Assembly: GCA_038060895.1 (NCBI GenBank)
Contig: JBBTCT010000032.1
Span: 1 to 56,320 of the forward strand
Length of the DNA: 56,320 bases
Source of the DNA: Planctomycetota bacterium
Lineage (GTDB): Bacteria; Planctomycetota; MHYJ01; WSZJ01
Reading direction: 5' to 3'
A model generated the notes under the pieces. The model had not been told where the DNA came from and did not search any database. It saw only the letters and a list, made by a program, of their open reading frames with translations. The translations under genes were made by a program, and so were the position numbers. This document shows, piece by piece, positions 9,377-18,188 of this stretch. Every line of letters begins with the position of its first letter. Within the stretch, counting starts at the first letter, position 1.

Positions 9377-11086
9377 ATGCCGAGGGGACAGCAGCCGATG
9401 GAGCAGGAGCCCGAGTACGGCGACGAGTACCAGCAGGGTGCTCCGATGCCGCAGGACGGGGGTCAGTTCTCCTTCTCTTCGTGGGTCGAAGAGCAGGTTC
9501 GCAACACGCCGTGGTGGCTCATCTCGATCGCCTTCCACCTGATCGTGCTGGCCGGCATGACGGTCATCACGTTCGACGAGAAGGTGACGTTGAAGGAGGA
9601 GCCGACCATCATCCCGCTCGCCGCGAAAGTCGAGAAGAAGCTGGACCTCGACCGGCCTCGCGACGTTTTCGAGCGGAAAGGCATCCCGAAGGTGGGCCAG
9701 GAGAATGCGCCGCCGACGGAGGAGCCCGCGATCTTTTTCCCGGACGCGGAAGAATCGGACCACAACGAGTCGGCGGACAACGAGGACTACGGCAAAATGA
9801 AGGGCGACTCCGAGGAATTCCTCTCGGCGATGCCCGGTGAAGGCGGCGGCATCCGTGGCCGGCAGCCCGGCAAGGCAGCGGGCGTCTACGACGCGATGGG
9901 CGTCGGCGGCGGCGGTGGCGGCGGTGGCCGGTACGGCGGACGCCTCGGCGGCCGTCGTAACCTCGTGGCGCGCGGCGGCGGCTCGCAGGGCCCCGGCGGC
10001 ACGGAATCGGCAGTGACGGCCGGACTTCGCTGGCTCGCCCGCCATCAGTCCCCGGGCGGCAACTGGGCGACGGCCGGATTTGACGCACAGTGCGCCGGCG
10101 CAAAGTGCGCGGGCCCTGGCTACAACGAGTACGACGCAGGCAACACGGGCCTCTCTCTCCTCGCGTTCCTGGGCGCCGGTTACACCCACCTCACGAAGGA
10201 AACCTATGTCGATCCCCACACGCAGAAGACGGTCTGCTGGGGCGAAGTCATCAAGAACGGGATCAAGTGGCTCATCAGCAACCAGGACGCGGAAGGCTGC
10301 TTCGGCGGCCGTCACGGCTCCAAGTACATGTACAACCACTCGGTCGCCGCTCTCGCGATGGCCGAAGCGTACGGCCTGACGAACAGCGCCCTCTTCAAGG
10401 ACAGCGCCCAGAAGGGCATCGACTTCCTCCTCCAGGCCCAGAACCCGTACAAGGCGTGGCGTTACAGCAAGCAGTGCGGCGACAACGACACTTCCGTCAC
10501 CGGCTGGTGCGTGATGGCGCTCAAGTCCGCCGACATCTCCGGGCTGACCGTGGGCCGGACCGGCTTCGAAGGCGCCAAGGCGTGGATCATGGAAGTGACC
10601 GACGAGGCGTACTACAAGGTCGGTTACACGGCCAAGGGCACGGGCAAAGTCGTCGTCCAGGGCAAGAACGAAGACTGGGACGGCCACGAAGCCCTGACCG
10701 CGGTCGGCATGCTCTGCCGCTGCTTCATCGATCACAACAAGACCGACCCGGCTCTCGAAGGCGGCGCCAAGCTGCTCGTCGCCGACCTGCCCCAGTACAA
10801 CGGCAAGAAGATCGACTACTACTACTGGTACTACGGCTCGCTGGCCCTGTTCCAGTACGACGGCCCGGACGGCAAGTACTGGAAGGGCTGGAACGAGGCG
10901 ATGAAGAACTCGCTCGTGCCGACCCAGAAGGTCAAGAAGGACGGCTGCTCGGACGGCTCGTGGGACGTGGACGTCGACCGGTGGGGCTTCGAAGGCGGCC
11001 GGGTCTACACGACGGCCATCAACGTCCTCACGCTCGAGGTGTACTACCGCTACGAGAACGCGTTCGGCGGCGGGAAGCGCAAGTAG
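9377..11086 (+). CDS. Membrane-anchored prenyltransferase/squalene-cyclase-repeat (alpha/alpha-barrel) protein, paralog 1
   Basis: TM WWLISIAFHLIVL, acidic and Gly-rich linker, repeats GLRWLARHQ..GNW, GIKWLISNQ, GIDFLLQAQ..WRY, DTSVTGW, YYWYY, GGRVYTTA. Confidence 0.85.
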   Translation: MPRGQQPMEQEPEYGDEYQQGAPMPQDGGQFSFSSWVEEQVRNTPWWLISIAFHLIVLAGMTVITFDEKVTLKEEPTIIPLAAKVEKKLDLDRPRDVFERKGIPKVGQENAPPTEEPAIFFPDAEESDHNESADNEDYGKMKGDSEEFLSAMPGEGGGIRGRQPGKAAGVYDAMGVGGGGGGGGRYGGRLGGRRNLVARGGGSQGPGGTESAVTAGLRWLARHQSPGGNWATAGFDAQCAGAKCAGPGYNEYDAGNTGLSLLAFLGAGYTHLTKETYVDPHTQKTVCWGEVIKNGIKWLISNQDAEGCFGGRHGSKYMYNHSVAALAMAEAYGLTNSALFKDSAQKGIDFLLQAQNPYKAWRYSKQCGDNDTSVTGWCVMALKSADISGLTVGRTGFEGAKAWIMEVTDEAYYKVGYTAKGTGKVVVQGKNEDWDGHEALTAVGMLCRCFIDHNKTDPALEGGAKLLVADLPQYNGKKIDYYYWYYGSLALFQYDGPDGKYWKGWNEAMKNSLVPTQKVKKDGCSDGSWDVDVDRWGFEGGRVYTTAINVLTLEVYYRYENAFGGGKRK

Positions 11087-11106
11087 GATGTGACGACTGA
11101 ACTGAA

Positions 11107-11144
11107 ACAGGGGGCTCCGGCAACGGAGCCCCCTGTCTGTTTTT
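11107..11144 (+). terminator. Intrinsic terminator
   Basis: ACAGGGGGCTCCG-GCAA-CGGAGCCCCCTGT (13-bp stem, GNRA loop) followed by CTGTTTTT. Confidence 0.8.
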
Positions 11145-11154
11145 CCGGTTCTCT

Positions 11155-11220
11155 GCCCTGAGCCTTTCGACTCGCTTTGCTCGCTCAGGGCGGTCGAGCC
11201 GGAACGGCGAGTCGAAGGCT
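11155..11220. repeat. REP-like element with two interleaved inverted repeats
   Basis: GCCCTGAGC (11155-63) pairs with GCTCAGGGC (11183-91), and TTCGACTCGC (11166-75) pairs with GCGAGTCGAA (11207-16). Confidence 0.55.
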
Positions 11221-11295
11221 GGCGAAGCCCGATGCCTTCTGGTAAGACATCCGGCCTCACCTGTCCCGCGTATATCCAGGAAACGGAGCCCCTTC

Positions 11296-14232
11296 ATGAA
11301 ATTCCTGCGACCTCTGCTTTCCGGCGCCCTCGCCGCCTCCACGCTCTTCTGCTCCACGGCCTGGGCCAAAGGCGACGACGTCGATTTTGCCCGCGCTCTC
11401 GTCCAGTGGGGTTACGTGGACCTCGCCAACGAGTACTGCAAACGCATCGAGAACGACCCCAAGACCTCCGCCGAAGACAAGGCGGGAGTCCAGCTCATCC
11501 TCGCCGAAATCTTCGCGAAGACGGCCACCCAGAAGGAAGACTCGACCGCGGCCGCCGAGGACCTGGACAAGGCCATCAAGGTCCTCGAAGACTTCATCCG
11601 GATGAATGGCACCCACTCGCGTGCCCCCGAAGCGAAGTTCACGATCGGCGTGCTGCTTCGGCAAAAGGGGGACATGATCGTCGCGCAGCTCAGGAAGACG
11701 CAGGACGCCACGGCGAAGTCCGCGCTCATCTCCTCGGGCGACACGGCTTTCAAAACGGCTGAAACTTACTTCGAAGCCCTTCAGAAAGAATACAAGGCGA
11801 TGCGGGACACCTGGCGGCAGAAGACGGACGGCCGCCAGCCGACGGTGGAAGAAGCAAAGGAGGAAGAGGACATCAGCTACAACCTGATGGACTCGATTTA
11901 CAACGTGCCGCGCACCCTGTACTCGCACTGCCTGCTCTACGAGTCGGGAAGCAAGGAGAAGAAGGAACTCGCCGATAAGGCCGTCCTTGCATTCATGGAC
12001 TTCGAGCTCGACTACCAGGACCGCATGAAGGCGTTCGAGTCGTCCGTGTTCTGGGCGCTCACCTACAAGGAACTGGGCGATTTCGATAAGGTCTACCAGC
12101 GCTTCGACTTCACGATCTCGCTAAAAGACCTGATCCCTCCCCCGCTTCCCGACGACGCCCGCGAGGTGATCCTGACGGGGTTCTACTACAAGGCGACCAC
12201 CTACAACGAGCAGCGCAAGTTCCAGGATGCGATCAAGACGATTGACGACATGCTGAAGCTGATCAAGGACGCCTCGAAGGACCGGATCGGCGTCTCGGCG
12301 GTCCTTGTGAAAGGAGATGCTCTCGTCGGAAAGGGCAGCAAGGACGAGGCGATCAAGATGGGGTCGGACCTGATGAAGCAGATCACGGCCCCGGGGCTTC
12401 AGGCGGTGGTGCGCAAGAAAATCTCCGACTGGTCAAACCAGGCTGGAGGCGGCGCCAACGTCGGCCTGTACCTGATCCGGTATGAATCCGCGATGGACGA
12501 GGACAACTACATTGCCGCCATTTCGGCTCTCCAGGGAGCGATTGCGGCCGCTGAGTCCGCGGACTCCCCCGAAGCCGTGCCGGACCTGCTGTGGAAGATG
12601 GGCTCCGTCTTCGAGCGCCTGGAGCGGCCTTACGACGCGGTGATCTGCTACGAGACGATCGCCAACGACCACCAGGCGAACGCGAAGGCAAAGTCGGCGG
12701 AAGCGGCGTTCCGGGCGGCGCAGGTGTGGAACGTGATTGCGGCCGCCATCGGCGAGGAGAAGTCGTGGGAGAAGGACCAGATCACGAAGAACCTGACGCT
12801 GCTGACGACAAAGTGGCCGAACGACCCGAACTCCAAGAACGCGCAGTACCTCGTCGCCGACGCCCTGGCGATCAAGGGAAAGTTCGAGGATGCCGCGAGG
12901 GAATACGCGAAGGTGCCGGAGGAAGCGAAATACTACGAGCAGGCGATCGTGATGGCGGGCAAGTGCTACTACGACCTGGCGAAGAAGCAGTGGGCAGCCG
13001 GTCAGAAGGACAAGAAGACGACGGACATGCTCGACCAGGCCGAAGCGTCCTTCACCAAGTACCTCGCATACGTGAAGAAGGGCCCTTCGAAGAATGAGGA
13101 CATCCAGAAGAACCGGCCGATGGTCGAGGTCTTCTGCAAGCAGGCGCTTGCAAACGTGCTGATGCACGAGGCGAAGAAGAAGTACACGGAGGCGATCAAG
13201 GTTCTCGACGACATTGAGAACCCGGTCGAGGGGACGGACGGCAAGAAGGCCGAAGTGCCGGACGAAGTGCGCAAGAAAGTCTGGCGGCAGAAGATCACGG
13301 CCTACCTCGCCACCAACGACACGCCGAAGGCGGTTGAATACACCGAAAAGCTCCTCGAGAAGTTCCGGGCTGCCGCCGTGACGGTCGAAGCCTGCCAGCT
13401 CGTCGGCGCGAAGTGCGACGAAGAGGCCGAGAAGATCGCGGGCGAGAATCCGACGGCGGAGACGATCACCGCCGATGCGATGAAACTGTGGGAGCTCGCG
13501 GCCAAGTACTACGCGAACTGGATTCACAGCGGCATTGAGGCGAAGCAGAAAATCAAGATCGAGGACGCGCTTCAGGTCGCCGACCGCATCTACAACCTCG
13601 GCCTTCTCATCAATCAGATCGACGACAAGAAGTCATTCACCAGCTACGAGCTCGACAAGCTCAAGAAGCCGGGGATTTTCATCGACGCCGCCCGCATTTA
13701 CGACCCGATCGCGAACGAACAACTCGGGCGCCCCCAGGGCGTCGACACCAGCAAACTCCTCCTGAAACTCGCCTGGTGCCATGACTTCGCCCAGAACTGG
13801 GTCGGCGCGCGCGACTCGTACGAAGCCCTGATCGAATCCGAGCGGCTCCGCAACAAGGGAGCCCAGACGCTGAACGACGCTGTGCTGAAGGCAAAGAAGT
13901 GGCTTTTCGTCGCCTACGAAGAGCTCGGGCACGTCTACCTCAAGCTGGCGGCCAAGGGCGACAACAAGGCCAACTCGCTGCAGGAGGCGTACACGATCTT
14001 CGCCAACGTCGTGAGCAAGTCAGAGAAGGACACGGAGGCCTGGTGGCGCGCGAAGTACCTGGTCATCAAGATCCTGTTCGAAAAGGGCGGCCAGAACGAC
14101 TACGAGATGGCGCTGATGGGGATCAAGGACATGCGCGCCAACTACCCGAACTGGGACGAGGACAAGTTCAAGATGCGGGACCGGTGGATTGATATTGAGA
14201 AGGCGATCCTGGACCGCGCGCCGAAGAAGTAG
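11296..14232 (+). CDS. Large exported TPR/helical-repeat protein, paralog 1 (978 aa)
   Basis: Signal peptide ending AWA, all-helical TPR-like repeats, strong coding-type codon bias. Confidence 0.85.
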   Translation: MKFLRPLLSGALAASTLFCSTAWAKGDDVDFARALVQWGYVDLANEYCKRIENDPKTSAEDKAGVQLILAEIFAKTATQKEDSTAAAEDLDKAIKVLEDFIRMNGTHSRAPEAKFTIGVLLRQKGDMIVAQLRKTQDATAKSALISSGDTAFKTAETYFEALQKEYKAMRDTWRQKTDGRQPTVEEAKEEEDISYNLMDSIYNVPRTLYSHCLLYESGSKEKKELADKAVLAFMDFELDYQDRMKAFESSVFWALTYKELGDFDKVYQRFDFTISLKDLIPPPLPDDAREVILTGFYYKATTYNEQRKFQDAIKTIDDMLKLIKDASKDRIGVSAVLVKGDALVGKGSKDEAIKMGSDLMKQITAPGLQAVVRKKISDWSNQAGGGANVGLYLIRYESAMDEDNYIAAISALQGAIAAAESADSPEAVPDLLWKMGSVFERLERPYDAVICYETIANDHQANAKAKSAEAAFRAAQVWNVIAAAIGEEKSWEKDQITKNLTLLTTKWPNDPNSKNAQYLVADALAIKGKFEDAAREYAKVPEEAKYYEQAIVMAGKCYYDLAKKQWAAGQKDKKTTDMLDQAEASFTKYLAYVKKGPSKNEDIQKNRPMVEVFCKQALANVLMHEAKKKYTEAIKVLDDIENPVEGTDGKKAEVPDEVRKKVWRQKITAYLATNDTPKAVEYTEKLLEKFRAAAVTVEACQLVGAKCDEEAEKIAGENPTAETITADAMKLWELAAKYYANWIHSGIEAKQKIKIEDALQVADRIYNLGLLINQIDDKKSFTSYELDKLKKPGIFIDAARIYDPIANEQLGRPQGVDTSKLLLKLAWCHDFAQNWVGARDSYEALIESERLRNKGAQTLNDAVLKAKKWLFVAYEELGHVYLKLAAKGDNKANSLQEAYTIFANVVSKSEKDTEAWWRAKYLVIKILFEKGGQNDYEMALMGIKDMRANYPNWDEDKFKMRDRWIDIEKAILDRAPKK

Positions 14233-14246
14233 GCTGAAGAACGACC

Positions 14247-14279
14247 ATCCCCCGCCTCGCGAGGCGGGGGATTTTTTTT
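14247..14279 (+). terminator. Intrinsic terminator
   Basis: ATCCCCCGCCT-CGCG-AGGCGGGGGAT followed by a T run. Confidence 0.88.
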
Positions 14280-14300
14280 GGCCCTGCTCACACAGGCAGG

Positions 14301-14454
14301 GCGGGCCAGCGGGCCGGCGGGCCAGCGGGCCAGCGGGCCAGCGGGCCAGCGGGCAACGACAAAACGGCCAACGAATATGGGAGGCCGCTCTTTTCGCCCG
14401 ATCGCCCGCTCGCCCGCTCGCCCGCTCGCCCGCTCGCCCGCTCGCCCGCTCGCC
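14301..14454. repeat. Two opposed octamer tandem arrays
   Basis: (GCGGGCCA)x7 at 14301-14356 and (TCGCCCGC)x~7.5 at 14394-14454. The units are 7/8 reverse-complementary. Confidence 0.9.
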
Positions 14455-14517
14455 TTCCGCCCGCCGCCTTCCGGCCTTTCCCCGCCTCACGTAATTTGAT
14501 TGAATAACGTCACAACG

Positions 14518-16692
14518 ATGGAAACGGCGGCCCCCAACGCCAGCCCCCCGCGGACGCGATCGCTCAAGCTCACGATCTCGTTCATCGCGTTCCTCGCGGT
14601 ACTCCCGCTTCTCGTCGGCGTCGCGTACCGAAATTTCAAGGAATCTGGAGAAAAAGAACAGGAACGACTCTGGCTCGTCGGGCGATCAAACGCAAGAGAC
14701 ACGGTCGCAGCGTGGTTTGACATGGAGTACCGAAGCGCACTCCTCGCTTCGCACGCCGCTCGCCGGGGAAACGACGCTTCCCTGCAGACTCCCGCCCTTG
14801 CTGGAGCACTCGCAGAGGCGTTTCCAGCGAACGCTGCCAAGCTCGGACTCGCAGATGCGGTTCTCTACTGGCATCCTCCCTCCGCCAAGGACGCCGTGGT
14901 TGTGATGCTTGCCCGCGTCGGAAATCTGGATGTTGACCCGGACGCTGACGTGCTTGGCGTTCTCGAGAGCGGGATCCAACGCGAGGTTCGCCGCAGCGGC
15001 TTCGGGACCTCGGAAATCCATGCTTTCGCCGTCGTGGCAACCCTTCCACTCACGTCCGGCGGCAAGGTCCTTGGGGTTGTTCGGCTGATGCTTCCCGAGA
15101 AAACCTGGACTTCCCAAGGCCAGGCTTGTGCCAATTCACTCGCCGCGTGGTTCGAAGAAACGCGGACGCGCCTCATTGCCGAGAATTTCGACCATGCGGT
15201 CCGCAAGGCCCTCCAGGAGCCGCTTCCCGATCCAGAACGACTCAAGGCATCCCTCGACATCTCAGTGGAGAAATTGCGCGAGAGCCTCCACGTGAACGGC
15301 CTCGCAATCTTTTGGGCCGTTCCGTCACAGGACGACAAGGGGCGAGTCCTGGGGCAGTGGCCTTGGCTGCGAAGCGGGACGGCGTTGCAGGCGCCCACGG
15401 ATCAAGACCGGGAAGCGCTGAGGACCGGTGAACCGCCGCGGCCGGGTGCGAAGGACGATCCTTCGGTTGTCATCGTGCCGCTGACCGGGAATGTTCCTTT
15501 CACCGACCCGGACGGAAAGGTCGTTACGAAACAAGGGATCGTCGCTGTCGCGCACTTCTCCCTTCCCTCTCCGCCACACCGCGGGGATGAGAGCCGCTTC
15601 CTCCTCATCCTCATGATCGCAATCATGGCGCTGGTCCTAGGGTTTCTCTTCTTTTATATGAACCAGGCAATCTCCCAGCCGATCCAGCGGCTGATCGGCG
15701 CGATGACGCGGGGGACGAAGGGCGAGCTACAGCCGATTGCGCAGGGCGGGGCGTCGGGCGAAGTAGCGCAGCTGGCGCTGATCTACAACAGCATGGTGCA
15801 GGAGAACCGGAAGTTGATGGACCAGATCCGCGGGTTCAACGAGCAGCTGAAGAACAAGGTGCGGATGGCGACGGGCGAACTCGAGCGCAGGAACGACGAA
15901 CTCCGGCGCGCGAACGAGAAGCTCTTCGGCCTCCAGCGCGAGCTGTCCGAGCAGCAGCGGCTGGCATCGATGGGCCAGCTGGCAGGAACGATGGCGCACG
16001 AACTGGGGACGCCGCTGAACGCGATGAGCGGGCACATCGAGCTGCTTCTGGCGGAGCCGGGGGCGCCTCCGGAGGAGGTTTCCAAGAGGCTGAACCTGAT
16101 CGGGTCTCAGATTGAGCGGCTGAGCGGGATCATCCAGTCGAATCTCCAGGAGCTGCGGGCGCCTGCGCCGCGCTTCGTCACTGTGGACCTCAATACGCTG
16201 GCGCAGGGAATCGTGTCGCTGGTCACGCCGTCGGTGGCGGCGCGGAAAGTGTCGATCCGGACGTCTCTGGCGACCGACCTGCCGCGAGTCGCGGGCGACC
16301 CGGGGCAGCTCGAACAGGTTCTGATGAACCTCGTGAACAATGCGCTGGACGCGATGCCCGGCGGCGGCTCGCTGGACCTGCTCACTGCGAACAGGGATGG
16401 CATGGCGTGCCTCCAGGTCCGCGACAGCGGCAACGGGATTTCGCGCGAGGACATCCGCCGCGTGTTCGACCCGTTCTTCACGACGAAGGTCCCCGGCAAG
16501 GGCACGGGTCTCGGTCTCGCCATCTGCCGCGAAATCGTCAAGGCGCACGGCGGTTCCATCGACGTCCAGAGCGAGCCTGGCAAGGGCTCCTGGTTCACGG
16601 TCAAATTCCCCGCGGCTGAAAAACTCGACGGAAGCGGCTTCGGCAAGGCGGCGGAAACGCCCGCGCCACAGCCGGCGGCGAAGCTGCCCTAG
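14518..16692 (+). CDS. Membrane sensor histidine kinase (periplasmic sensor, HAMP, HisKA, HATPase)
   Basis: Two TMs, HAMP, H-box AHELGTPLN, N-box QVLMNLVNNA, DSGNGI, FDPFFTTK, GTGLGL. The start could alternatively be TTG 14500. Confidence 0.93.
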   Translation: METAAPNASPPRTRSLKLTISFIAFLAVLPLLVGVAYRNFKESGEKEQERLWLVGRSNARDTVAAWFDMEYRSALLASHAARRGNDASLQTPALAGALAEAFPANAAKLGLADAVLYWHPPSAKDAVVVMLARVGNLDVDPDADVLGVLESGIQREVRRSGFGTSEIHAFAVVATLPLTSGGKVLGVVRLMLPEKTWTSQGQACANSLAAWFEETRTRLIAENFDHAVRKALQEPLPDPERLKASLDISVEKLRESLHVNGLAIFWAVPSQDDKGRVLGQWPWLRSGTALQAPTDQDREALRTGEPPRPGAKDDPSVVIVPLTGNVPFTDPDGKVVTKQGIVAVAHFSLPSPPHRGDESRFLLILMIAIMALVLGFLFFYMNQAISQPIQRLIGAMTRGTKGELQPIAQGGASGEVAQLALIYNSMVQENRKLMDQIRGFNEQLKNKVRMATGELERRNDELRRANEKLFGLQRELSEQQRLASMGQLAGTMAHELGTPLNAMSGHIELLLAEPGAPPEEVSKRLNLIGSQIERLSGIIQSNLQELRAPAPRFVTVDLNTLAQGIVSLVTPSVAARKVSIRTSLATDLPRVAGDPGQLEQVLMNLVNNALDAMPGGGSLDLLTANRDGMACLQVRDSGNGISREDIRRVFDPFFTTKVPGKGTGLGLAICREIVKAHGGSIDVQSEPGKGSWFTVKFPAAEKLDGSGFGKAAETPAPQPAAKLP

Positions 16693-16737
16693 GCCCGGTT
16701 CCTCCCGCTTACCGTCCCTGTCCGCTATGATGCCCGC

Positions 16738-18105
16738 ATGGTCCGCGTGCTGGTCGTTGACGACGACAAGGACAATCGCGACATCGTCGCGGAGAACATC
16801 TCCCGCTGGGGACACTCCGTGGACACGGCGGGGTCGGGGGAAGAGGCTATCGCCAAGTACTCGGCGGCGCCGAGCGACGTGGTGATCAGCGACATCCGGA
16901 TGGGGGCGGCGTCGGGGCTGGACGTGCTGAAGCGGGTGCGCGCCCTGACCCCGGATGCGATCGTGATCCTGATGACGGGGTATGCGGGAAGCGACACGGC
17001 GATCGACGCGATCAAGGCGGGGGCGTTCGACTACGTGACGAAACCGTTCAAGTACGACGAGATGCGGCGCTCGATCGAGAAGGCGCTGGAGCTGCGGAAG
17101 CTGACGCGGCAAGTAAAGCCCGGGAAGCAGCAGGAAGCGCAGGCGAGCCTGCAGGCGCTGATCGGGCGGTCGAAGCCGATGCTCGATATCTACAAGATGA
17201 TCGCGCGCGCCGCGGAAACGCCCTCGACGGTGCTGCTGCAGGGCGAGAGCGGGACGGGAAAATCGCTGATCGCGAAGGCGATCCACTCGAATTCGCCGCG
17301 CGCCGGGAAGCCGTTCATGATGGTCAACTGCAGCGCGATCGCGGAGACCCTTCTCGAAAGCGAACTCTTCGGCCACAAGCGCGGCTCGTTCACGGGCGCC
17401 AACGCGGACCGCGACGGGATGTTCCAGGCCGCGAACGGCGGCACGCTCTTCCTCGACGAGATCGGCGACACGTCGCCGGCGCTTCAGTCGAAACTCCTGC
17501 GCGCCATCGAGGACGGCGAAGTCAAAGCCGTGGGCTCGAACGACACCGCGCGCGTGGACGTCCGCATCATCAGCGCTTCCAACCGGGACCTGAAGGACAT
17601 GGTGGCGAAGCGGACGATGCGGGAGGACCTGTACTACCGGCTGAACGTGGTGACGATCGTGGTGCCGCCGCTCCGGGACCGCAAGGAGGACATCCCGCTT
17701 CTCGTGGAGCACTTCGTGAAGTCCTGCGGGGACCGGTTGGGGAAGCGTGTGACGGTGCACCCGGAGGCGATGGAGAAGCTGCAGTCGCACTCGTGGCCGG
17801 GGAACATCCGGGAGCTGGGGCACGTGATTGAGAGCGCGGTGGCGCTGACGGGGAAGCCGATCCTGGTGGCGGACGACCTGCGAACGGCGCCTGGAGAAAA
17901 GAAAACATCGGTCGTGGACGACGCGGGTCCGCTCGTCACGCTGGAAGAGCGCGAGAAGGAGTACATCCGGCAGGTGCTGGTGGCGACGAAGGGAAACCGG
18001 CAGGCTGCGGCGCAGATCCTGGGGATCGACCGGAAGACGCTGTACCGAAAGTGCCTGAAGTACGGGCTCGACGCGGGGGGCGAAACCGAGGACGCGGGTT
18101 CGTAA
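16738..18105 (+). CDS. Sigma-54-dependent response regulator (NtrC/AtoC family)
   Basis: REC domain (VVDDD, SDIRM, KP), Walker A GESGTGKS, ESELFGH..GSFTGA, FLDEIGD, WPGNIREL and a Fis-type HTH. Confidence 0.95.
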   Translation: MVRVLVVDDDKDNRDIVAENISRWGHSVDTAGSGEEAIAKYSAAPSDVVISDIRMGAASGLDVLKRVRALTPDAIVILMTGYAGSDTAIDAIKAGAFDYVTKPFKYDEMRRSIEKALELRKLTRQVKPGKQQEAQASLQALIGRSKPMLDIYKMIARAAETPSTVLLQGESGTGKSLIAKAIHSNSPRAGKPFMMVNCSAIAETLLESELFGHKRGSFTGANADRDGMFQAANGGTLFLDEIGDTSPALQSKLLRAIEDGEVKAVGSNDTARVDVRIISASNRDLKDMVAKRTMREDLYYRLNVVTIVVPPLRDRKEDIPLLVEHFVKSCGDRLGKRVTVHPEAMEKLQSHSWPGNIRELGHVIESAVALTGKPILVADDLRTAPGEKKTSVVDDAGPLVTLEEREKEYIRQVLVATKGNRQAAAQILGIDRKTLYRKCLKYGLDAGGETEDAGS

Positions 18106-18188
18106 AGCTCCGATTCCCGGCTTTGCTGAACCAGGGACGCCCCGCTCCGTTTGCATCACAAGCCGATACTCCATTCCCGGGGGACCCC

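Noticed and set aside
9377-11086. Squalene-hopene cyclase / terpene biosynthetic cluster
   Set aside because: Single barrel only, no DxDD catalytic motif, TM-anchored or exported topology, and no hpn or isoprenoid genes nearby.
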